From IMG/VR virus record IMGVR_UViG_3300030523_000001: DNA of 37,836 nt; one strand, given 5' to 3'. Position 1 is the first letter of the stretch, and every line of letters starts with the position of its first letter. The DNA is from a virus. Below the pieces are notes generated by a model that had not been told where the DNA came from, did no database searches, and saw only the letters and a list, made by a program, of their open reading frames with translations. Position numbers and translations under genes: made by a program. This document shows positions 7,475 through 16,268 of the stretch, one piece after another.

Positions 7475-7980
7475 GTTCCTACTACAGGCAATCCGACTTG
7501 ACGTTCTTTGCTCGCCAGCGCCCCGACGGTCGCATCGGTTTCTGGTGGCTAGCCGGTGATGATACCGCCCTGTGGACCGACGCCAAGACCGATCTCAAGC
7601 GGTCATTCAACCACGGGACGGGCTTGAAGTACGATGGCGCCGCGCGTGAGTGGACGATCCCCTCCTACTCGATCACGCGACTACAGCGCTGGGCCGATGC
7701 GTGGGCTGGACAGCAAGAGTGGAATGCTGCCCAGCGTAACGGCCAGCAACGGCACTCTGAACGCGCCCAGGACGCGCCAGCAGCGCCGGCGTCCTCGGCC
7801 TACCGCGTGCTCTATTTGCTGCCGGACGCTCCCTTGTGGGCGGCTGAGGCCGTGTACCGCGCTGCTCAGAAGCATGCCCATCCCGACATCGCCGGTGGCG
7901 ACCATGCCCAGGCCGTCAGCCTGAACACCGCGATCCAGGAGATACGCGCCGCGCAGAAGCCCGAGGCGAGGGCATCGTGA
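7471..7980 (+). CDS. J-domain (DnaJ-like) protein (169 aa)
   Basis: C-terminus ..AYRVLYLLPDAPLWAAEAVYRAAQKHAHPDIAGGDHAQAVSLNTAIQEI.. has the helix II - HPD - helix III layout. HPD codons at 7879-7887. ATGA overlap with the upstream gene. Confidence 0.6.
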   Translation: MSSYYRQSDLTFFARQRPDGRIGFWWLAGDDTALWTDAKTDLKRSFNHGTGLKYDGAAREWTIPSYSITRLQRWADAWAGQQEWNAAQRNGQQRHSERAQDAPAAPASSAYRVLYLLPDAPLWAAEAVYRAAQKHAHPDIAGGDHAQAVSLNTAIQEIRAAQKPEARAS

Positions 7981-8507
7981 GCGACTTGCAGCAGCTCATC
8001 CGGCAAGCGGTCCATCAAGGAGTGACTGGCGCAACTTGGCGAACCTCAAAGCCAGCCTCAGACGCGCTGGCCTTCATCTACACGGAGACCAAACCCATGA
8101 CTAAAGGCCCCAAGCGACACGTCGTAGACACGCTCGCGAACGCGCCGCAGAGTCGCTTTATGCAGCTCCACGAGTCCGTCGAGGGCCAGGCGCTGCCCCC
8201 GCTCCGTGCCGATTTCGTCGCGCACCTCGACCGGGTACGCGCCCAGGCCAACACCACGGACGCCAAGGAAGCGGCTTGTGCCGAGATGGCCGACCTCGAC
8301 GACGAGCGGAAAGGAGCGGCGTTGGCCCGGTTGCGGGAAGAGCACGGCCGCCTCTATGGCGTCTTGTTCCTGACTGACCTGCAGGGCTTGTCTCTCCGGG
8401 CGACCGGCCGGCACTTGGGGATGGACCATCACACCGTTGTAAAGCATCGCGGCCGGGCTATTGCGCTGATACGAGCCTGGTCTACAGACGACCGGCAAGC
8501 GAGTTGA
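7977..8507 (+). CDS. DNA-binding protein with sigma-70 region-4/LuxR-like C-terminal HTH (176 aa)
   Basis: ..LFLTDLQGLSLRATGRHLGMDHHTVVKHRGRAIALIR.. . GTGA overlap with the J-domain gene stop. Confidence 0.55.
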   Translation: MSDLQQLIRQAVHQGVTGATWRTSKPASDALAFIYTETKPMTKGPKRHVVDTLANAPQSRFMQLHESVEGQALPPLRADFVAHLDRVRAQANTTDAKEAACAEMADLDDERKGAALARLREEHGRLYGVLFLTDLQGLSLRATGRHLGMDHHTVVKHRGRAIALIRAWSTDDRQAS

Positions 8508-8874
8508 CCCTCGCCGCCACACCCGCGTCGTCAAAGTGGCGACGAATAGTGCGTGCGGCCTTGCTCGGTTCCAGTGAGATGCTGATGCGCTGCTTGACTA
8601 ACCCCGCATCTTTCGCCGCCGCCCGCACACTCGGGAAGTCGCCCTCCTTCATGCGGTCGAGGATGTCGGGGCGGTCGCGAGCGATGCGAGCGGTCAAATA
8701 ATCGGCGCTATTCCCACGATCAACAAGTGTTACGTCGTCACGCTTATTGGCTTGTTGCTCTAACGTAGGGCGCCAGGGGTCAAGCAGCATAGCCGGTTGT
8801 TGCGCCCGCGTCATCACCACGGCCGTCGATGTCTTGGCCGTCTCGCCTATCTCGGCCACGAGCAGCGCATCCAT
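8482..8874 (-). CDS. Hypothetical DNA-binding protein (130 aa), loosely ParB/KorB-HTH-like
   Basis: ..NSADYLTARIARDRPDILDRMKEGDFPSVRAAAKDAGL.. resembles HTH segments of phage/plasmid ParB-like proteins. Convergent with the upstream block. Confidence 0.4.
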   Translation of the reverse strand: MDALLVAEIGETAKTSTAVVMTRAQQPAMLLDPWRPTLEQQANKRDDVTLVDRGNSADYLTARIARDRPDILDRMKEGDFPSVRAAAKDAGLVKQRISISLEPSKAARTIRRHFDDAGVAARVNSLAGRL

Positions 8875-9042
8875 ACTGCCATAGGACTTCTCTGGCGGAG
8901 CGTAAGGCTAGTCACCTGTAGGGTGTTGCTCCTCGACTTATGCCATGCATCGGGTGTACTTGCGCTATATGTCCCCAATATGATATCGTTGGGTGTAGCA
9001 GTGCGCCTTCGGCGTTATTGACAGCAGCATCCATACGAAAAA

Positions 9043-9077
9043 GCCCGGTACACACCAATGCGGTGTACCGGGCTTTT
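9043..9077. terminator. Bidirectional intrinsic-terminator-like hairpin
   Basis: AAAAA-GCCCGGTACAC (9043-9053), 9-nt loop, GTGTACCGGGC (9063-9073), then TTTT. An 11-bp perfect stem flanked by an A-run and a T-run. Confidence 0.5.
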
Positions 9078-9104
9078 GTATGCCCATAAGCAAAGGGAGG
9101 CGAG

Positions 9105-9308
9105 ATGGCAACGGTGATGCGTGATGCACAGGGGCGTGCGCGGCTAACGCCGCCACGGCCGGTTAAATATAACCTTGCCTTGACGCCCCAGGAGAGAGAC
9201 GAGTTGGACCGCCGCGCGCTCGATGGCGGCTACTCAAATGTAGCGGAGTTTATCCGCCGCCAGCTCATCGGCGGTGAGTCGCGTACGGTGACGCCGCCGG
9301 CGGCCTAA
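9105..9308 (+). CDS. Ribbon-helix-helix protein (CopG/MobC-like), 67 aa
   Basis: AAGGGAGG upstream. ..VKYNLALTPQERDELDRRALDGGYSNVAEFIRRQL.. is a typical RHH accessory/regulator pattern. Confidence 0.6.
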   Translation: MATVMRDAQGRARLTPPRPVKYNLALTPQERDELDRRALDGGYSNVAEFIRRQLIGGESRTVTPPAA

Positions 9309-9320
9309 AGAGGATGGATT

Positions 9321-9803
9321 ATGGTAGATAGGTACCCGACGTCACCGCTGGTCGCCACCGACCTAACCGACCTAACCGACCTACGCGCCGCCGAGCGCGT
9401 CATCGCGGAGCGCGTCGCCGCCGTGAGCGCGATGCGGTCGGCCGCAATTGGACACATGGACCGCATGCGATTGACTATGAGAGACACGGCGAGTGCAGCC
9501 GATGCCGAGATCGCCGAGGCGCTGCGCGAGTTGTGGGCGCTTGCCAACCGGATCAGGACGCCGGAGCCCGGCGACGTCGTTGTGTGGGCGGATGTGGAGG
9601 ATGTCGTGCTCGCGGCCGTCTGCACGCTAGGCTCATTTAGGCAAGTACTCGCGCCTGTTATTGAGCAGATGGCGGCCACGGTGCAGGTGATGGGACCGCT
9701 GTTGCAACTGACTCAGGACGAAGTGGACGCGCGCGCGTCCCTGGTCATCGCCAAACGTACGACCGCGCTGGCCGAGGATGCGGCCCGTTATCCAATTCAG
9801 TAG
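9321..9803 (+). CDS. Hypothetical helical protein (160 aa), paralog of 13560-13985
   Basis: C-terminal ..LQLTQDEVDARASLVIAKR.. aligns with ..LQVTHEEVEGRAEILVEER.. in the other small gene. A 9-nt tandem repeat (ACCTAACCG x2 plus a partial copy) at 9361-9387 encodes TDLTDLTDL. Confidence 0.55.
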   Translation: MVDRYPTSPLVATDLTDLTDLRAAERVIAERVAAVSAMRSAAIGHMDRMRLTMRDTASAADAEIAEALRELWALANRIRTPEPGDVVVWADVEDVVLAAVCTLGSFRQVLAPVIEQMAATVQVMGPLLQLTQDEVDARASLVIAKRTTALAEDAARYPIQ

Positions 9804-9872
9804 TATCAACACACGCGACATGCCGGGCGCACTCTACGCGCCGGGCCGTATTCCTCCCTGACGAGTTACCCC

Positions 9873-12800
9873 ATGAGTGAGAACGAAAACGTCGGCATCG
9901 AACTGGGCGTGGACGCCGACGCCGCGCTCAGCACGTTGCAGGAGTTGACAGCGGCGGCGCTTACGGCAGACGATGCCATCCAGCAACTCAAGCAACATCA
10001 GGTTGAATTAGCGAACGCCATCCCCGGTAATCCCCAATCGTCGTCCTACACTGAGGTGGCGACGCGCTTCCAACAGATGGACCCGTCGCTCATCCGCGAC
10101 ACATATCCTGAGATCGCCCAGACACAAAATGCCCTCAATGCGCGGCGTACCGAGGTCCGGGCGCAGGCCATGGATTTCGTCGGGGCCAATCCCCAGGTCG
10201 CCGCGCAACCGCTCCCCGACACGCTGGCCCAGTTTCAGCAGGCCATGGTTCAGCGGGAGCAGCAGCAACAGGCCCAGCGCGAACGACAGGCCCAGCAGCA
10301 AGCGGCGGGCTTCATCCCCCCCGCGCGCTATGGCTACGAGGCAGCGCCCGTCCTTGCGCCACCAGTCGCGACGGCGGGAGCGGCGCCGCAAGGATTGCCC
10401 ACGGGTGGGTCCTCCGTCTCACCGACGAATGCGCCGCTGTCCCTGCCAACGCCCACGGGCGTCCCGGCGAACGCCCCTCTCGCCACGACGGGTGACGACC
10501 GCCTGGCGCAGGCGCTGTCCGCCCAGACGCCCACCCCGACACCGCTGACAAGTACGGCAACCGGCGTGCGAGACAACGACGCGCCCATGGGCGATGTTTT
10601 GCCCGTAGAGTCGGGTCGGTCCAACCCGACGCCGACATCCGTGGGCGTCCAGCCCGTCGCCCCTCTTGCCACCACAGGCGATGAGCGCCTGGCACAGGTG
10701 CTGACCGCCCAAAACCCGCCCGCCACGACGGCGACGACTGGCGCGGCCACAGGAGCCACGACTGACGCCGCGTCGGCAGCCACGGGGCCATTGCCTGGGA
10801 CCTTTGATGAATTGGCGGCGGCGGCACGCACGGCCGACACCCAACTCCAGGGACTCAAGCAACACCTGCTCGATGCGTTCAACGCCATCCCGCGCGGGTC
10901 ACAACCGGAGGCCGCGTCCTATGGCGAGGCGGTGGGGCGACTGCGGCAGATGGACCCGTCCCTCGTCCAGGAATTGCACCCCGACATCGCCCGGACACAG
11001 GCGGCCATCACGGGCCGTCAGTCCGCTATCGTCGGACAGGTGAGCCACTTCGCCGCTGACAACCCCGAGGCCGCCGCTGAACCCCTGCCCGCGCAACAGG
11101 ACATGCTCACGCGCTGGCAAGACCTGCTGCGGCAGCACAACGCGCAGCAGCAGGCCGCGACGGGGCCAGGACAGGGCGGGGACGACGCCTTGCCCAATGC
11201 GGGCGGCGCCACGTACTATCGGCAGAGCGCGCGCTCTGGCCCTTTCGTGCCCCCCGGCATGGAGCGCCTGGCCCGTTATGGCTACGACGCGACCCAGCAG
11301 ATGGACGCCCACGATGCACGCCAACGGTCGGGCCTGCCCGGACTCAACGGCGGCGGCAACAGCGGTAACGGCGGCAGCAACGGCAACGACACAACACAGC
11401 AGGACAGGACGGCCACCGTCCTGAGCGACCACATTGTGCAGGCGTTCAGTCGGAGCGCGGGTGGTCTTGTCGCGGGCGGCATCAGCGGCGCGGCGAACGC
11501 GGCTGGCATGGGCGCGACGGGCGACGTGCTGGCGGGGTTAGTACGCCCGCTGATGGGGATGATCGGTGAGGCGGCCCCACTCGCCCTGGGGGCCATCGGC
11601 GCTATCGGCGGTGTGGCGGGCGTCGGCCTGGGCGTCAACGCGTTGCAATCGCAATACGCGGGCGAGCAGCAGACACTCGCGGGCAGCGTCGGGACGACCA
11701 CGGGCGCCACGCCCTCATCCGAGTTGGACATCGCCCGACAAGCGGGCTGGCCGTTGATGTACCATGAGGCGCAATCCGTCGCCGCGGCCCAACAATTAGG
11801 CGATGTCGGGGTCCAGTCCGGCCAATTGGGCGGCGCCCTCACGGCGAGCATGGACCTCGCCCGTGTGGGTGGGATCGGCCTCGACCAGACGACCTCTCTC
11901 ACGAGCTCGCTCATGCAGGGCGGCATGTCCGCCAATCAGGTCGGTGATACCTACGCGCAGATGGACCAGGCAGCCCGCGAATCGGGCGTCAGCTTGGGGC
12001 GTTTGGTGGACGGCATCAAGGCGCTGAACCAGGCGGCGGGCGTCGGCCAGATCAGCGTCAATGGGATGGCGGCGGCGCAGGCGCTCTCCGACCAAACGGG
12101 GACGAAAATCAACATCGCGCAGGCGATGGCGGGCACCATCGGCTCGACGGGCACGAACGCGCTTGCACAGGGTTACATGTTGGGCCTTGATCCGGCGCAA
12201 TTCGACGCCGCCCAGCGCGACCCGGCGAAGTTGTGGGACGCCTACGCCAACACGGCGCGGCGCTACGACGTCGGATCGGGCGGGTCGCGTATCGCCCAGC
12301 AGGCGCTCTCCGAGGCAGGTTTCGACTTCTCGGGCATGAAGGGCAATCAAGCCGACACCTTCATCCAGAAACTGGTGGCGGAAGGCCCGAACGCGGCGCA
12401 AAAATATGAGGCCAGCCTTCAGAAGAAGGAGGCCGCCCCCGGAGCGCCCGGCCCGCACACGTTCGCGGAGTTGACCAAGGCCAGCGTGACCGTCGCCCGT
12501 AACATCACCAGCGCGTCCGATCAGTTCAAGATAGGGGTCGAGCAGGCGGCAGCGGGTTTTGTCACCTCGCTGTCCGGTGTGGATGGCCGTGGGACGGGTA
12601 TAGCCCACACCGTCGCCCATGCGCGCGCGGCGCATCGTGTCAACGCGGATGGCACCATCTCCGATTCAACGGGTATGCCTATCGTCAATATCCCACCGAG
12701 CCTCCAGACGGTGCAGGATCGCTTGAGGGGCAATGCAACGCGCTTTGGCAACGATGGCACGACCTACGCCTCTGATGGCACGCCGTTGGCTGGCACAGGT

Positions 12801-13529
12801 GGTGTGGGCACGCACCCCGGCCTAACAGGCAATCCCTACGGCACGGGTCTACACTATGCCGAGCAGCAGGGCATGTCTATAAAGAACATCGCGGGGTTCG
12901 CGCAAGCCGCGAGCCCTGAAGTGGTCCAGGCACTCGATGCGGCGTCGAAACGAACAGGAGTCCCCATTCAAGTACTCCTTGCCCAGGGCGCCCAGGAAAC
13001 GTCCAACTTCGATAAAAACGCGATCAGCAATGACGGCGGGTACGGTTTAGCGCAGATGACCGATCCCCACGTCGCGCAGCAATACCTGTCACAGGCAGCC
13101 CACGAGCTACACAAGCCCATCAACAGCGACTGGCATCAGATGGCCTTCAACCCCGCCATATCGGCGCAGGCGATGGCCGATTACGACAAGGCCAACTTCC
13201 TCTCCAAGCAAGGCGGGGGGCAATGGGATAAAGCGCTGGCGATGTACAACGGTGGCCCGAATGGATGGAACGTCACTGGTCATCCTGGTCAGGGGCGCGA
13301 CTACGGAACGGGCATCGCACAGCGTGCCGAGGAGGTGCAGCATCGCCTTGCCATCACGGTGACGACGCAGGATCAGAGCGGGCGACACACCGGACGGACA
13401 CACGTTACCCATAGTATCGACACGTCCAAGAAGCACGTCGGCGCGCAATCGTATGGTCCCGACCAGAGGCCGCCGTCGCCCGGACTGCCGAACCTGCCAG
13501 GCCATATCGGCGGCCCCATCCGACGTTAG
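9873..13529 (+). CDS. Large (1218 aa) tape-measure-like protein with C-terminal lytic transglycosylase (SLT/GH23) domain; VirB1-type wall hydrolase
   Basis: SLT motifs ..LLAQGAQETSNFDKNAISNDGGYGLAQM.. (catalytic Glu codon 12996-12998) and ..AMYNGGPNGW.. . Gly/Ala-rich hydrophobic stretch ..GGLVAGGISGAANAAGMGATGDVLAGL..GAIGAIGGVAGVGLG.. . A duplicated N-terminal unit of about 140 aa and P/T-rich linkers. Confidence 0.8.
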   Translation: MSENENVGIELGVDADAALSTLQELTAAALTADDAIQQLKQHQVELANAIPGNPQSSSYTEVATRFQQMDPSLIRDTYPEIAQTQNALNARRTEVRAQAMDFVGANPQVAAQPLPDTLAQFQQAMVQREQQQQAQRERQAQQQAAGFIPPARYGYEAAPVLAPPVATAGAAPQGLPTGGSSVSPTNAPLSLPTPTGVPANAPLATTGDDRLAQALSAQTPTPTPLTSTATGVRDNDAPMGDVLPVESGRSNPTPTSVGVQPVAPLATTGDERLAQVLTAQNPPATTATTGAATGATTDAASAATGPLPGTFDELAAAARTADTQLQGLKQHLLDAFNAIPRGSQPEAASYGEAVGRLRQMDPSLVQELHPDIARTQAAITGRQSAIVGQVSHFAADNPEAAAEPLPAQQDMLTRWQDLLRQHNAQQQAATGPGQGGDDALPNAGGATYYRQSARSGPFVPPGMERLARYGYDATQQMDAHDARQRSGLPGLNGGGNSGNGGSNGNDTTQQDRTATVLSDHIVQAFSRSAGGLVAGGISGAANAAGMGATGDVLAGLVRPLMGMIGEAAPLALGAIGAIGGVAGVGLGVNALQSQYAGEQQTLAGSVGTTTGATPSSELDIARQAGWPLMYHEAQSVAAAQQLGDVGVQSGQLGGALTASMDLARVGGIGLDQTTSLTSSLMQGGMSANQVGDTYAQMDQAARESGVSLGRLVDGIKALNQAAGVGQISVNGMAAAQALSDQTGTKINIAQAMAGTIGSTGTNALAQGYMLGLDPAQFDAAQRDPAKLWDAYANTARRYDVGSGGSRIAQQALSEAGFDFSGMKGNQADTFIQKLVAEGPNAAQKYEASLQKKEAAPGAPGPHTFAELTKASVTVARNITSASDQFKIGVEQAAAGFVTSLSGVDGRGTGIAHTVAHARAAHRVNADGTISDSTGMPIVNIPPSLQTVQDRLRGNATRFGNDGTTYASDGTPLAGTGGVGTHPGLTGNPYGTGLHYAEQQGMSIKNIAGFAQAASPEVVQALDAASKRTGVPIQVLLAQGAQETSNFDKNAISNDGGYGLAQMTDPHVAQQYLSQAAHELHKPINSDWHQMAFNPAISAQAMADYDKANFLSKQGGGQWDKALAMYNGGPNGWNVTGHPGQGRDYGTGIAQRAEEVQHRLAITVTTQDQSGRHTGRTHVTHSIDTSKKHVGAQSYGPDQRPPSPGLPNLPGHIGGPIRR

Positions 13530-13559
13530 CCGGCACACAGAGACGAAGGAAGCGCACAC

Positions 13560-13985
13560 ATGATGAGTGAGACTATGAACGGTGTCCCACGGGCACAGGT
13601 GGTAACAGCCGAGCGGCTGCACCTCCTCGCCGAGGCGCAGGCGCTAAAAGACCGGTTGCGTGAGTTAGAACGGGGGCATCGTGAGGTGATGGAGCCCCGT
13701 TACTACTTTTTGTGGCGGCTCTTGGGCAGCCAGCGGGAGGTCGTCGAGCGCGGGGAGGCGCCCGATTGGACGGCTATCCAGACGGGGGCCTCGGCGCTCA
13801 TTGAGTACTGCGGTATCCACTCTCAGATGGTGTGCGAACTATATAAAACGGTTGCGGCCTATATAGCTGTGGCCGAGATGGCGTTGCAGGTCACGCACGA
13901 AGAAGTAGAGGGCCGCGCCGAGATCCTCGTCGAGGAACGAGCACTGTCACCGCGCGCCGTCGCCGACGCGCCTCTGCTGCATTAA
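13560..13985 (+). CDS. Hypothetical helical protein (141 aa), paralog of 9321-9803
   Basis: Shared C-terminal motif (see 9321-9803). GAAGGAAG upstream. Confidence 0.55.
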   Translation: MMSETMNGVPRAQVVTAERLHLLAEAQALKDRLRELERGHREVMEPRYYFLWRLLGSQREVVERGEAPDWTAIQTGASALIEYCGIHSQMVCELYKTVAAYIAVAEMALQVTHEEVEGRAEILVEERALSPRAVADAPLLH

Positions 13986-14001
13986 AAGGACGGCGTAACC
14001 G

Positions 14002-16143
14002 ATGGGTACATGGTCGTTTTCGCCGTCCTATGATCTGACTATTTCACGCAAGAACCCCAAGGCGGGCACGCGCGGCCAGCCGGACATGCTGGCGTGGCAA
14101 CTGCGTACGCTCTCCGAGTTCCAGGGCCTGTTGGCGACCACCAACACGTCGAGCCAGGCCACCATCACCCTGCACGACCCCACGGGCGCGCTGATGGATA
14201 CCGTTGCCCCGCAGGCCATGGACGCCATAACAGTGCGCCTGCGCAATCGTCGGGGTGTGTGGGCGGGCGCGTGGGCCGGCTACGTCGATGAGTGTCACGA
14301 GATACACGACCCCGCACAGGGCCGCGTGGTGACGCTCAAGTGCAGGGGTCCGTTCAAGCGTTGGGAGGTTGGGCGTCAGAGCGCGGGCGACGTGTTGGCC
14401 CTCGCCTTTGCGGGTATGCGCAACATGGCCGGCGCGGAGGTGGTCAGGTATTCGGCGCGGGCTGTGGGCTACGATCCGGCCAACATCACGTTCGACCCGG
14501 TAGCCGACAGTGGCACTGGGCTCTATCCCTCCATCGCACAATCGACCATGACGAACCCGGATCAAGCGACGTGGAGCGCGCCCGTCCAGCAGATGCTTGC
14601 CTCCAGCGGGCTTGAGTTCTTCTTCGACGAGGACGGCTACGGCCATTACCGGCGCATGGGGTTCCTCGGCGCGTTCGACGCCCTGGGGCGACCCATCCAA
14701 AAACACGTCCCCCAAATCCCGCTGGAGGATGTGCTGCACGCCGACCTGGGCAATGGCGACACGGGCCTCGTCACGTCGGTTGAAGTTCGCTGGGGGCCGC
14801 TCCCTGTGACGGGCAAGACGGCGGCACACGCCTATGCGCCGCAGAGCATGGCTGACCAGTTAGGGTCGCGCCCACTCGTCATCCAGGCGCCGTGGATACT
14901 TGGTGGCCCAAGCGCCACCAACAATCAAGTTCCAGCCGGCGCACAATTCCTGGCTGAGACACTTTTAGACCAATACGCGAGCGGCGCCGCCACGGCCTCC
15001 GTCATCGTCATCGCTGATCCCGCGCAGTACAGGGTCGGGACGCTGGTCGATATGCCAGGTGTCCGCAAGGGGCAGGGTGTCACGCGCTACTATATTTCTT
15101 CGTGCATCTATCTTTGCCAATGGGGGGGGCAGTGGATTTGCACATTGGGATTGGTGTACGGGCGGGCGCCGGGCAACAGGTTCCCCTATGTGGACGGTAT
15201 TGCCTATCCCGTCTTAAAGGTAGACCCGACCTATGGACCGCAAAGCAACATCCCGTTCCTGGCCTTCGACCCGACGAATACCAAGAAGGTCACGACACCG
15301 CTGACGGTGCAGGCCCAACCGACTTTGGCCGTCAATCAGGCGACATCATCCTCGCTGCCCGTGGGCGCCGTCATCGAATTGCGGCAGACGGTGAGCGGCG
15401 GCGGGCAATGGGTGGGGCCGTCGCACCAGTATACGATTGTGGCCGCGCCGCAGGGGCAAGACCCCGGCGTGATCGGCTTGCAAGCGGGGGGGGGCACGGC
15501 CTACGCCACGATCATCACCCTCGGGTCGGGAGACAATGGCAGCGGGACGGGCACGGGCAATGGATCGACGGGCACAGCGACCAATCCGTTGATGCAGGGA
15601 CCGCCGACGCGGGCGCAGGGCACGGCCTCCAACGGGCAACCCGTGAGCACGTCGCTCACATTGGATAGCCCACCGAACACACTGGCGCAACGCGCATTGG
15701 CAGCGGCCTTGACCCACAACGGCGCACCGTATCAGGTTTTTCACGCGGGTCCCACGCACTACGACTGTTCTGGGCTTGTGGCGGCGGCATTTGGTGCTGT
15801 TGGCTTCCCCCTCGTCACGCCGAACAATTGGTCCAATGACGGTGAAAATGGGGACAAGGGCGTAAATGGCGGACCAGATGGGGAGTTCTACTACTTCCTG
15901 GCGCACGGCGCTGTTGAGCGTTCCAGTGTGGACGACGCGCAGCCGGGGGACCTCATATTTTGTTTCGAGGCGGGGCAATCACAACGCGGCTTCAGTCACA
16001 TCGCTTTCCTGCTTAGGCCAGGCGTCAGCTTTGGCGGCAACAGTCCCACGCTTGGCGTTGGACCTATTGCCATCGCTGGATTTCACAGCGACGCTGGCCC
16101 GCCCTTTAATCGCGCCCTAGATATGTCCCGCATCCATCTCTGA
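14002..16143 (+). CDS. 713-aa protein: N-terminal phage tail-hub-like region, Gly/Thr-rich linker, C-terminal NlpC/P60 endopeptidase
   Basis: NlpC/P60 motifs ..GAPYQVFHAGPTHYDCSGLVAAAFGAVG.. (Cys codon 15766-15768), ..QPGDLIFCF.. and ..FSHIAFLL.. (His 15997-15999). The N-terminal ..ATITLHDPTGALMDTV..ITVRL..WAGYVDE..VVTLKCRG.. is reminiscent of gpD/XkdQ-type hub proteins (weak). Confidence 0.75.
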   Translation: MGTWSFSPSYDLTISRKNPKAGTRGQPDMLAWQLRTLSEFQGLLATTNTSSQATITLHDPTGALMDTVAPQAMDAITVRLRNRRGVWAGAWAGYVDECHEIHDPAQGRVVTLKCRGPFKRWEVGRQSAGDVLALAFAGMRNMAGAEVVRYSARAVGYDPANITFDPVADSGTGLYPSIAQSTMTNPDQATWSAPVQQMLASSGLEFFFDEDGYGHYRRMGFLGAFDALGRPIQKHVPQIPLEDVLHADLGNGDTGLVTSVEVRWGPLPVTGKTAAHAYAPQSMADQLGSRPLVIQAPWILGGPSATNNQVPAGAQFLAETLLDQYASGAATASVIVIADPAQYRVGTLVDMPGVRKGQGVTRYYISSCIYLCQWGGQWICTLGLVYGRAPGNRFPYVDGIAYPVLKVDPTYGPQSNIPFLAFDPTNTKKVTTPLTVQAQPTLAVNQATSSSLPVGAVIELRQTVSGGGQWVGPSHQYTIVAAPQGQDPGVIGLQAGGGTAYATIITLGSGDNGSGTGTGNGSTGTATNPLMQGPPTRAQGTASNGQPVSTSLTLDSPPNTLAQRALAAALTHNGAPYQVFHAGPTHYDCSGLVAAAFGAVGFPLVTPNNWSNDGENGDKGVNGGPDGEFYYFLAHGAVERSSVDDAQPGDLIFCFEAGQSQRGFSHIAFLLRPGVSFGGNSPTLGVGPIAIAGFHSDAGPPFNRALDMSRIHL

Positions 16144-16268
16144 TGCGAGAGAGTGGCACCCATGTCCATCTACGACGCCACGTCTAGAGGAGACGGGCCG
16201 GCTCACGCGATCAGGCCGCATAAGCACACCAATCCGTCGTTAACCACGCCGTTCACAGGGGAGCCATT

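Noticed and set aside
8482-8874. A ParAB-type partition system
   Set aside because: No Walker-type ParA (KGGxGKT) ORF exists on the circle. The 130-aa protein only vaguely resembles a ParB HTH, so no partition locus is called.
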